A DNA stretch of 64,000 nucleotides. Origin: Chiloscyllium plagiosum. Lineage: Eukaryota. Position numbers and translations under genes: made by a program. Positions 38,176 to 49,929 of this stretch are shown here, in pieces; position 1 is the first letter of the stretch; every line of letters begins with the position of its first letter. Where the stretch lies: assembly GCF_004010195.1 (NCBI RefSeq), contig NC_057720.1:7164328-7228327 (forward strand), read 5' to 3'. The notes beneath the pieces were generated by a model that did no database searches, was not told the DNA's origin, and was given only the letters and a program-made list of their open reading frames with translations.

Positions 38176-39126
38176 GATGTGGAGGTGCCAGTGTTGGACT
38201 GGGGTGGACAAGGTCAGAAGTCACACAACATCAGTGTGCCAACATGGCAGGCACAGTGGCTCAGTGGTTAGCACTGCTGCCTCACAGCACCAGGGTCCCA
38301 GGTTCAATTCCAGCCTCGGGTGACTGTCTGTGTGGAGTTTGCACATTCTCCCCCGTGTCTGCGTGGTTTTCCTCCGGGTGCTCCGGTTTCCTCCCACAGT
38401 CCAAAGATGTGCAGGTCAGGTGAATTGGCCAGGCTAAATTGCCCCATAGTGTTAGGTTAATTAGTCAGAGGGAAATGGGTCTGGGTGGGTTACTCTTCGG
38501 AGGGTCGGTGTGGATTGGTTGGGCCAAAAGGCCTGTTTCCACACTGTAGGGAATATAATCTAACCAGGTTATAGTCCAACAGGTTTATTTGATATCACAA
38601 ATTTGCAAGCGCTGCTCCTTTATCACGTGAAGTGAAGGGGAATGCACAGGCACAGAAGATATAGGTGGAGAGATAAGGGCAAGATAATTCAAGGTAATTG
38701 AGAGTGTCAACAAATGGTGTGACTGGGGTGTCGACAGGCTGAATAATAAGTCTCTGCAGGTGATCAAAAGTGTCAGACGGTATGAGTAAACTGTCAACAG
38801 CTGAATAACAAGTGAAGGGATGACCTATGAATTGATTAATTAAGGCAGAGAGATATTTACAAGTAATCAAAAGTAAGATGGTTCTGGAGATGAACCAAAC
38901 GGCTGGAATAACATGATAGGTATCAGAGTCGCATGATGAGATTGTAACCAAAGTAACAAATAATCCACACCTGCACAAACAAATTATGATAGAGAGGTAA
39001 TCACAAGTAATTAAGGTTATAGTGTCAAAGCCAAACAGTAAGGAAGATTTTACAAATACAGAACAGTGTGGTAGTGTTACATGTAGCGCGACATGAATAA
39101 GATCACAGTTGAGTCCATCCTCGTGA
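38176..39126 (-). mobile_element. Penelope-like family B copy retaining the end of the ORF
   Basis: Minus strand 39125-39077 reads HEDGLNCDL/(frameshift)FMSRYM*, resembling the GLN-containing C-terminus of PLE GIY-YIG endonucleases. It is followed by UTR and the family B terminus, and split by a SINE. Confidence 0.7.
38246..38562 (+). mobile_element. HE1-type V-SINE nested in a family B element
   Basis: Full-length SINE whose tail joins ACCAGGTTATAG at 38563. Confidence 0.9.
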
Positions 39127-40009
39127 CTATCTTTGGTTCATCTCTGAACAGGATTGATTTGGAAAATATCTCCTTCTTTAAAAAAGGAACTTTGCTATCT
39201 TTGCATTCCATGGACTACACGTGACTCCAGACCGACAGCAATGTGGCTGACTCTTACCCTTTGAAATGATGTTGCAAACCACTCAGTTCATGGGCAATTA
39301 GGGATGGGTGGTAAATGCTGATCTAATCAGAGCCACACAAACTCCTTTAATTAAAGAGGAAAAACATAGCAGAAGGAGCATGCTGCAGAATTATTTTTCA
39401 CAGCTCCTCCCCTCTCATATGTAGCTTTGTGTCACTTCCACATTTACATTGCGCCTATTTTTGAATGTGGGGATCACATACCATGAACTCCATGCGTCTG
39501 GGGCGCCTCCTCCAGTTCCCATAAATACAGCAGACCTCACCCATTACACCTCACAACTCCTTCAGGATTGGAAGACACTTATCCCATCTGCTACAGGTGC
39601 CCTGTAGGCATTTAAAGGCTCACATTGTCTTCAGAACACATGCTTCACTGACCCCTACACATGTTATAGATTCCTCAGACAAAACCAGTGCATCGGAATG
39701 TGGTCGTGGTCTCAAATTTGCAGGAAAGAACTGATGGGAATGGCTCACAATACACATCTGCTTTTGACTTTCTCTCCAAAAGGGCCCTGACAGAATCCGT
39801 CTGGGCTTTAACTGCCACAAATCTGTCTGAATCACTTCATTTCATAGACAAACATTTTGTCCCTTTGTTGCTCCTTGATCCAACACACTTCTGTCTGTAT
39901 CCTAAAGTGGATCAGCCATGATCCTATTGAATGGCGGAGCAGGCTCAAAGGGCTGAATGGCTTCCTACTTTCAATTGTATACATAGATTCATATGGTACA
40001 GAACAGGCC

Positions 40010-40250
40010 CTCATCAACACATACTAACAGATTTAAGAACAGCTTCTTCCCTGCTGTTATCAGACTTATGAATCTCTCATAGTTTAGAGGTAACATTTCT
40101 CTACACCTTCTCTGTAACACTATACTCTGCATTCTGTTCTGTTAACCTGATGAACTTATGTCAGGTATGATCTGACAGGTTAGCATGTAAAACAATACTT
40201 TTCACTATATCTCAGTACATGAGACTAAAAAATCAAATTAAATTAAACCA
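40010..40250 (+). mobile_element. Rex1/Babar-type LINE 3' end
   Basis: Remnant TNRFKNSFFPAVIRLMN followed by a UTR ending in (AAATT/AAATC)n. Confidence 0.6.
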
Positions 40251-41470
40251 AAGCAAAACCTACAGCCGACCATAGAATCATAGAGATGTACAGCATGGAA
40301 ACAGACCCTTCGGTCCAACTCTTCCATGCCGATCAGACATTCTAAATTAGTCTAGTCCCAGTTGCCAGCCCCTAGCCCATATCCCTCTGCACCCTTCCTA
40401 TTTGTATACCCATCGTGATGTCTTTAAAATGTTGTAGTTGTATCAGTCTTCACCACTTGCTCTGGCAGCTCATTACTTTTGATGTCTGTTAATCTTTCCT
40501 AGATCCACTCCAATGTCTAGATACCTGAACTCAAACAGCAAAGGCAATAACTATGCAGCTTCCCTGCTGTGTCAGACAGCAGTACAGGTTTCTTTCTCTG
40601 ACCGGGCAGTCAGTGCCTTTGTCTGTCTTCCTCCTTTTAAAAGATTTCATCTTCTGTCCCCCAAAGCACACCTTACTGCCAAAAATATACTACTACCTAC
40701 ACTAGTCTCACTTTCCCCTATTAGACCCATAGCCTTGAATGGTATGACATTCCATGTGCTTATCTAAGAATTTTTCAATTACCTTCCCAGGCAATACATT
40801 CCAGATCCCCCACCACTCTGGGTGAAAACCCTTCTCCTCCAATCCCCTCTAGACTTCTTGTCTTCCACTTTAAATTATGCCCCCTTTGTTTGTGACCTTT
40901 CACCTCACAGGTGTAAAAAGCCCTGTGCGCTTGGTACTTTGTGCTAATTCACCCACCTTGGTTTCCAGTTTGATAGTGCTGCATTGTAGAATTCTCATGC
41001 TTTTTTCCCTTCCTGTTCTTACTCTCACAGAGTAGATATCAATTCAGCCTTGCACTGTCAGCAAACTTGGATATGCAACTCTTTGTTTCTCTGTTCACAT
41101 TGTACCTTTTAACCTCCTTCCTATGACAACACCTTGCAAATCTACAACCTTTACCACTTAGAAGGACATGGGAAACCCACTGCCTAAAAGTTCCCATCCA
41201 AGCCATACACCATTTGGACTTGGAAATATAATGTTGCTCCTTCACTGATTTTCCAGTGACTTGCTTCCGGTCTTCTCTTCCGAAGGGTGAAACTTGCTCA
41301 CCTTTGAGATGTGCTGGTCAGGTTACAAGGATGTACGGACCCACTGTCATGTAACAAATATACATTTTAGATAACATGTAGTTATATTGTTCAGCATTTT
41401 TCTTTGGTACTTATTTTAAATTGTTTATTTAATGTGAACTTTTTATTGATATGGAGATAAAGTAGATAAA

Positions 41471-41733
41471 GTATCCCCATAGCAAGAGACAAAAAACACT
41501 GCAGATGCTGGAATCCAAAGTAGACAGGCAGGGGGCTGGAAGAACACAGCAAGCCAGGCAGCATCAGGTGGTGGAGAAGTCGATGTTTCAGGTTTAACCC
41601 TTCATTCCTGGAGAGTTATCGCCAAAACGTTAACTTCTCCATCTCCTGATGCTGCCTAGCTCTTCCAGCCCCCTGCCTGTCTACTTTGGATTTCAGCACC
41701 TGCAGTTTTTTTTTGTCTCTTGATATGGGGATA
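41471..41733. mobile_element. Older family A-related hairpin abutting a family B copy (about 41722-41905)
   Basis: Inverted repeat GTATCCCCATA.CAAGAGACAAAAAA...TTTTTTGTCTCTTG.TATGGGGATAC with long complementary arms. Confidence 0.75.
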
Positions 41734-42602
41734 CCAGCGTTGGGCCGGGATAGACAAAGTCATAAGTCACACGCCACCAGGTTATAGTCCAACAGGTTTA
41801 TTTGAAATGGGGTGCCTGTGCGCTTTCCTCCACTTCACCTGAGGAAGGAGCAGCAGTCTGGAAGCTTGTGACTATAACCTGGTGTGGGGTGACTCGTGAC
41901 TTTATTTGTGTTGTGCAGGTCCGGTCATGTGATAACCTACAGGGGTCCTTGATCTGCCTGCCCTATCATGGGATTATTGGGGAGCACTCCTTGTTCAAAT
42001 CCTCCTCAGGCTCACATTTTCAGATCTTTTACCTGGCATGTTGCTGATTCAACTACTGCTCACAGTAGGCTTTTCCTTTACATCAATTTTCCTTCTATTT
42101 TTCACATTTCCCTTTTATTCACCTTCACATGACCCTTTTATTACTGTTCACTTCCTTTCTTCATCTCCATTTTTGAAAGATAGGCGACTGTCACCCAATG
42201 ATTCGTACTTGGTTAACCTTGACCACTCTTACTCACGCTGTCCTTCATGTGTCTCCCAGTTTCTCCATCTCTGATTCATGTCCTTACCACCTTGTAGGCT
42301 AACGTTTCTGCTATGACTTCCTATTTCCTCAATTATTCTCCTCCATCATTGTTGACAGGGCCCTCGAACATCTCCCTGTCACCTCCCACACTTGTGCTAT
42401 CACTTAGCAACTCGCTATTTTAGTCAGGCAGTGCTCCCACTTCTTGACATAGAACGGAGTTCAGCTCTTTCAGCTCATCCTGCCCCCATTGTTCAGGATG
42501 GCAGATGTTACTACTGTGTCTGCTATTCCCATCTCACCTCCTAGACCACAGGCTTTCTTTCTTGTCCAACTATCTTTTGCCTCCCTTTTCATTATTTCAT
42601 CT

Positions 42603-43285
42603 TGATTAGACTCCCTACAACGTGGAAACAGGCCCTTCGGCCCAACACATCCACACCGACCCTCCAAAGAATAACCCACTCAGAGCCATTTCCCTCTGAC
42701 TAATGCACTTAACACTACGGGTAATTTAGCATGGCCAATTCACCTGACCTGCACATCTTTGGACTGTGGGAGGAAACCGGAGCACCCGGAGAAAACCCAC
42801 GCAGACACGGGGAGGATGTGCAAACTCCACATAAACAGTCATCTGAGGCTGGAATCGAACCTGGGTCCCTGGTGCTGTGAGGCAGCAGTGCTAACCACTG
42901 AGCCACCGTGCTCTGCCTTCCGTGTTATTTCAAATCTTCCTTCCCTTCTTCGGGGTGGCTCAGTGGTTAGCACTACTGCCTCACAGTGGCAGGGATCTGG
43001 GTTCAATTCCAGCCTTGGGTGACTGTGTGGAGTTTGCACATTCTCCTTGCGTCTGCGCGGGTTCCCTCCGGGTGCTCCTGTTTCCTCCCACAGTCCAAAG
43101 ATGTGCAGGTCAGGTGGACTGGCCATGATAAATTACCCATAGTGTGCAGGGATGTGCAGGCTAGGTGGATTAGCCATGGGAAATGCAGGGTTACAGGGAT
43201 GGGGTAGGTCTGGGTGGGACGCTGGAGGGGTGGTGTGGACTCAATGGGCTGAGTGGCCTACCTCCACACTGTAGGGATTCTATGA
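42603..43285. mobile_element. Head-to-head pair of HE1-type SINEs
   Basis: Minus copy at 42603-42912 and plus copy at 42952-43285, about 40 nt apart. Confidence 0.88.
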
Positions 43286-43974
43286 TTAGAGTGTTTAGTT
43301 GTACCCCAAGCTTGCATTTTACAGACGCTTTAGACACAGCCGGTCAATTAAAAGAACAAAATAAAAGCTGGAAATCTTGAGGCAGTGTCTGTGGAGACAG
43401 AAACCCAGTTAGTGTCCCATGTTCAAGACCCTCTGTCTGAACTGGGAGAGTTTGGAAATGTGATAGATTTTAAGGCAGTGGAGAAGGTGGAGAGAATATT
43501 TTTGAGAATGATTCTGGGGACAGAGAGTCGGTTACGAGGATAAATTTGGAAAGCCTCTTTGGAGAGGAGAAGTTTCGATGAAGATTTCCAAAACCACGAG
43601 TTTTCTGGACAGAACAGACAGGGGAGAAACTCTTGGCCTCAGCAATTGGATCGAGAGCCAAAGGTCACCGAGTGAAAGCAACTGGTAAAAGAGGCAATGA
43701 TGACTTGAGGATTTTCTTTGCAACCAAGTGAGTGGTTAGGATCAGGAATGCAGTGACAGAGAGTGTACGTGGTGGAGGCAGGTTCAGTCACGGCTTACAA
43801 AAGGAAATGATGCATGGAATCCTCGTAGAAACGATTTTCTGGGAAAATTCATGAATGGGAATGGCAGAGTTGGCTTTACATAGAACAGAAGCAGACAGGG
43901 CAGTCCAAATAGCCTCCTTTTTTTCCGTAACCATCCTACATTTCTCACTCAGGCAACAATCCGGAGGCAAGGAA

Positions 43975-44232
43975 ACAATCCGTACAGTATGGAAAGAGGC
44001 CATTTGATCCATCAAGTCCTCACTGACCTTCCAAAAAGCACCCCACCCAGCGCCATGGCTAATCCACCCCTCGGACACAATGGGCAATATAGTATGGCCA
44101 ATCCACCTAATCTGCACTTTTTTGGACCATGGGAGGAAACCTGTGCAAACTTCACACAGATGGTCAGCTGAAGGTGGAATTGAACCCGGTGCCTGGCACT
44201 ATGAGAAAGCAGCACTAACCACTGAGCCACCA
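43975..44232 (-). mobile_element. Diverged HE1-type SINE
   Basis: Head and tail are recognisable; internal deletions. Confidence 0.75.
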
Positions 44233-44559
44233 ACATTAAGACTTGCATTCTAGTCCTGTTAATGTGTGTAGGTTTCATATTGCTGCAGTCAACAGATCTC
44301 CGTGTTGCGATTTGATGATTTGCCAAAATATTAGACAAACCATTTTAAATGCAAAAAAAATCTTCCAAAGGTTTGGGCTGAACAAGTTCAAATCAGACAA
44401 AACAACATCGCAGAAGAAAACATTGCCACTGATGTTTAGAGGGGCTAATTGGCTCCAACTCCAGCCTTTAACAAAACGACCCTCTCCACAATGACTGGTT
44501 CACTGCGGTGGCTGCAATGGCTCTCTCTCTCTCTCTCTCTGCAAACTGTATTGCCTACC

Positions 44560-45230
44560 TTCTAAAATTGGTAGCGTCATCAAAATTTGATGTTTTGCTT
44601 GCAATGTTCTCATCCAGCTAATTAATAAAACATTACAAACAGCAACAGTCTCAGAACGAATCCCTCATGGGCTTATCTGGTCATTGATGTCCAGCATAAA
44701 CCAATAATAGCCCCTCTGTTTCCTATTAATTATCCAATTTGCAACATCCTCCGTGATCCCATGAAGTCTACTTCAGTCGTAGGCATTTTACGAGAGACCT
44801 TATCAAATACCTTTTAAAAGTCTAGATATCCACAAAGTTGCCCTTAACCACTAACTTAGTTATGTACCTTAAACATGCTCATAAATTTGTACAGCTTGAC
44901 CTGCCTTTCATGAACTCATGTTGACTTTGATTCATTGCCCTTTATTCTTACTAAATGCTCTTGAATTGCTTCCTTTATAATAGATTCCAGCAATTTCCCA
45001 CTGCAGATGTCAAGCTAACTGGGTTATAATTCCCAAGATCATGCTTTCGACCTTTTTTAAAGATGGGAATTACATTAGCTGTTACTTGCTCTTTTGGTAC
45101 CACCCAGTGTTTAACGAGCTCAGCAGATTTTCCCTCCTCAGCACCAGTGACTTTTACCGAATTCCTTTTATATTTAAATGCTCTTGGACGTATTCCATCT
45201 GCATCTGGCATTCTGCAAATCTGCAATGGC
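44560..45230 (-). mobile_element. Old CR1 LINE reverse-transcriptase fragment
   Basis: TANVIPIFKKGRKHDLGNYNPVSLTSAVG matches the CR1 ANVTPIFKKG...GNYRPVSLTS motif. Confidence 0.85.
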
Positions 45231-46437
45231 TCACTTTTCTTAATGACGCTTTCTTTATTTGGCAACTGAGCTAGAGATGCTCTCAGTTGGTCACAGGTTT
45301 AGGGAAACAGTGCTCAACAGATTCTAGAATAATTATATCTACTCAAATCATTGCCATGGAGTGAAACTGCCACCCGAGCTTGGTGGCACACTGCAATCAG
45401 GTCACAAATTCAAAGAAGATTGAAGGTTCTCTTCTCAGGATACTGAACTGTGAAGCAAACTGGACTGAAGGGGTCTGGCATTGTTTAAGATGACTTCCAA
45501 ACTGACAATGAGCAACTCGGAAAAGAAAAAAGGCAAAGTTATGTCGTGGGATCTTGCTGTGCGAAAATAGCTGCCATATTTCTGGACATGACAGGAGCCA
45601 TGGCACATCAAAATAATCCATTCCGTGCAAGGTGCTTTTGGGCTGTTCTCTCACAGCACTATGTCACAGTTAAGAGACTTTCTTCTTTAATCTTTTCTGT
45701 ACTTTGAACATACTCCTAAGATACTTTTTATTATTTCCTTTGATGTCCACCACAATTACTTCTTTTATTCTTCTTACATATCACTGGTTATCTCAATGAT
45801 GTAAATCTGTGCAAACTCCCACTCATTCCTCACATTGGATGAGTTGATTTTGCTTTTCCTGGTGATTGCACTCTGTTCCTAGAAATTTATTAGGTACATA
45901 TCCGTACCAGAGTAATTGACCGGAATGCAAAGATGGCCATCAAGAATGGCCGCCTGCATGTTCTCAAAGGGGCCCGGTATCGGCTCCTGTTAACACCTCA
46001 ACATGATCCGAATTTGACTGGGCTATGACGCACCATCAATATGGCGCTCCACATTGTTCTTATGGAATCCATACTCCAAAGCACAATCCAGGACCAGGAC
46101 AGAAGAGAATAAGATAAAGAAGCTGAGCTGATGCAGTGCCTGTCACAACTTCCAGACATCCTAAAGCATCTCCCAGCCAAGGGAGGAATGTTTTGATGTG
46201 CGATCACCTCTGTCAAGTCGGACACTCTCTGTATCACTGAAGTCTTGTGGGCCAGAAGGAGGTCACTCAGCCCACACTGTCTCTTAACCTTTTGCCTTCT
46301 CCCCATATCCCTGCACATCATTACTACCCAAATAACCATCCAATGCTCTTTCGAATGCCTCAATTGAACCTGTCTCTACCTCGCTTCCAGGCAGTGCATT
46401 CCAGACCCTAACTACCTAGTTTTTATCTCACATCACA

Positions 46438-46900
46438 GTACAGTGGCTCAGTGGTTAGCACTGCAGCTTCACAGCGCTAGGGATCTGGGCTTGATTCCAG
46501 CTTCAGGCAACTGTCTGTGTGGAGTTTGCACATTCTCCCTGTGTCTGCGTGGGTTTCCTCCGGGTGCTCCAGTTTCCTCCCACAGTCCAAAGATGTGCAG
46601 GTTAAATGAACTGGCCATGCTAAATTGCCCATAGTGCTAGGTGCATTAGTCAGAGGGAAATGGGTCTGGGTGGGTTACTATTCAGAGGGTCGGTGTGGAC
46701 TTGTTGGGCCGAAGGGCCTGTTTCCGCACTGTAGGGAATCTAATCTAATCTAAATTGCCCAATGGTGTTCAGGAATGTGTAGGTCAGGTGCATTAGTCAG
46801 GGGTAAACATGGAGTGGGTCTGGGTGGGTTGCTGTTCAGAGAGTTGGTGCAGACTTGGTGGATTAAATGGCCTGTTTCCATGCTTTGGGGATTCCATGAT
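46438..46900 (+). mobile_element. HE1-type SINE followed by the 3' half of a second copy
   Basis: Full copy to about 46753, then TAAATTGCCC...GGCCTGTTTCC again. Confidence 0.85.
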
Positions 46901-47071
46901 CATCACCCTTGCTTCTTTCACACATCACTTTAAACCTATGCCCTCTCGCACTTGTTCCTTTATGAGTGGGAACAGCTTCTCTTTTCTCTCCTTCATCCAG
47001 CCCACACATGATTTTGAAAACCCCAATCAAATCTCTCTTAGCCTTCCTCTCTTCAAACAGACGAGCCCCAA

Positions 47072-47235
47072 CTTTTTCGATCTATCCTGGTAGCTGAATT
47101 TCCTCAGGAGCCATTCTTGTAAATCACTTCCTTAGATTAGATTAGATTAGATTAGATTACAGTGTGGAAACAGGCCTTTTTCGATCTATCCTGGTAGCTG
47201 AATTTCCTCAGGAGCCATTCTTGTAAATCACTTCC
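47072..47235. repeat. 60-bp perfect direct duplication around a 44-bp SINE/LINE tail
   Basis: 47072-47131 equals 47176-47235. The insert 47132-47175 is (TTAGA)n-TTACAGTGTGGAAACAGGC. Confidence 0.92.
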
Positions 47236-49278
47236 GTGCTCTCTCCGATGCGTCCACACCAAATTGTGCAACATAGCAATTCAATAAAGACTCAATCATT
47301 CAACTCAGGCAATTATTTGTCTAAGGAATAAATTTTGGTTAGATTGCCTTTGCTCTCAGTTGGGGAGGTGATGGACTTGGGGTTTTGTTGCTGGATTAGC
47401 AACCAGGAAATGTCCTGGGGACCCAGGTTCAAATCTGGCTTTGATTGGTTGAATTAGCTATGGGGGTCAAAAGCATTTGTTGAATGGTGACCATTCAGGG
47501 ATTGCTGGCCAAATCCCGAACTGGCCTACGTTTCAGACCCAATTGCTAGACCATTCATCCAGAAATCCAGGTAATGTTCTGTGCACTTGGGTTCAAATCC
47601 CACTACGGCAAATGGTGAATTCAGTTTTTTTTGGAAAATTGAACGATGACTGTGAAACTGTCGCCATTTGTGGGTAAACACCCACCCGGTTCACTAATGT
47701 CCTTTGGGGAAGGTAACTGCTGTCCTTATCTGGTCTGGCAACCATGCAATTCACAGCAATGTAGTTGACTCTTAACTGCCCTCTGGGCAATTAGGAATGG
47801 GCACTAAATGCTGGTTTAGCCAGCAATGCCCTCATCCCATGAACAAACGAATAAAAACAGTCCCTCCATGGGCTCGATACCTTAATGTTTCGTATATTGT
47901 TCCTTTTAAATGGAGCTGTCCATCATTAGAAATATGTCTTTTAAAAATAAATTCAGTGTCCTCCCAATGCAGGACATCATAGAAAATCGAACAGTATAGC
48001 ACAGTACAGGCCCTTCGGCCCTCAATGTTGTGCTGAGCATTTATCTTAATGTAAGATCACCCTAACCTACACACCTCTCAATTTATTGCCACCTATGAGC
48101 TGGTTCAGCAGTTAGTTAAATGTCCCTAACGTCACTGATACCCCTGCCAATGCTGACAGTGCATTCCACGCACCCACCACTCTCTGTGTAAAGAAACTAC
48201 CTCTGACATCTCCCTAATACCTTCCTCCAATCACCTTCAAATTATGACCCCTTGTGACAGCCGTTTCTGCCCTGGGGAATAGTCTTTGACTATTATCATA
48301 TCAGTTGTCGAGGATGACGTTTTGTGAAAATACAGAGATGTTTGCCCTGTCTTTCTCCAAGGTACAGCAAAGCAGAATCTTTTTCACTGCATTGATGTGG
48401 CTATCTCTCTATCTGTTTCTCATTCCCTTCATTCTTTGGCATATGCACCAACGTTTGCTAGGCACTCCATTCTTTCACAGGCCCCTATTTGGGTTTGCTT
48501 CAGCTGCACTTTCCAAATCACCCCTCTCTCCCTTCCCCCTGATCACTTTCCTAAAATGATTCAGACCCGACATTCCTTTGATGTTTTACTGCTCGGCTGC
48601 GCGATCTTGGAGGATTTCCAGCCACCCACCTCCAGCTTTGAATCAACAACAGCAGGTCTTCCCGCATCTCCCTGCCTTGCAAAGTAACAGGGCAAAAGAA
48701 AAACCATTGGAAACAATGACGAGGACAAGAAGACATAAGAAACAGACCATTCGGCCCATCGAGTCTGCTCTACCATTCAATGAGATCATGGCTGATCTGA
48801 CCATGCTCAACTCCACTTTCCCGCCTTGATCCCCATAACCACTATTGACTAAAAATCAGTCTCTCTCAGCCCTGAATATACTTGATGACCCAGCCTCGAC
48901 AGCCTTCTACAGTAAAGAATTGAACAGACTCACTACCGTCTGAGAGAATAAATTCTTCCCCATCTGTGTCTTACATGCACGACCACTGATTTTGAGATCA
49001 ATCCCCCAGTCCTAGACTTTTCCACAAGGGATTTCCCAGTGTCAACCCACTGATGGACTGTGGGAGGAGCTTCCCCAGACAGACACAGGGAGAATGTGAT
49101 ACTCGCACACAGACGGTTGCCTGAGAGTGGAATCGAACTTGGTCCCTGGCACTGTGAGAGAGCAAGGCTAACCACTATGTCACCCCTGTGACAAACTGGC
49201 TTACAGTGACATGTTGGAAGGCACATCACTGGGGGGGGGTAGCTATGGATTGAGATTGGAAACTCAAAATACCAACAT

Positions 49279-49705
49279 ATTTACCCTATCCATGCCCCTC
49301 ATGATTTTATAAACCTCTGTAAGGTCACCCCTCAGCCTCCAACACTCCAGGGAAAACAACGCCAGCCTATTCATATGGACAAGGTCTTTTTCCTGGGGTG
49401 GGGGAGTCCAGAACTCGAGGGCATAACTTTAAGATGAAATGAGAAAGATTTAAAAGGGACCAAAGGGGCAACCTTTTCACGCAGAGGGTGGTGTGTGTAT
49501 GAAATGAGCTGCCAGAGGAAGTGGTGGAGGCTGGTACAATTATAGCATTTAAAAGGCATCTGGATAGGTATTTGAATAGGAAGAGTTTGGAGGCATATAG
49601 GCCAAATGCTAGCAAATGGGACTTGATTAGGTTTGGACATCTGGCCAACATGGACGAGTTGGGCCAAATGGTCTGTTTCTGTGCTATACATCTCTATGAC
49701 TCTAT
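49279..49705. mobile_element. CR1 LINE 3' end with inverted 5' segment
   Basis: 49279-49373 is the reverse complement of the CR1 segment that normally precedes 49375-49705. Confidence 0.8.
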
Positions 49706-49929
49706 TTGTGGAGGCTATGAATTCCACAGAATCTCCAGCGCATTTGGCTTCATGGAACTATCCGAAATAAGCTCTTGCCCATCTCTCTTGGTGAACTGTA
49801 CCCACTCCATGCGCATTATGCCAGAGATGGGAAGATACTCCTGCACGACATCAAACAAGTGATATCAGGCTTCTTTGGGACACAATACATCCCACTGCCT
49901 TGATGGTTAAAAGACATTATTTTTAAATG

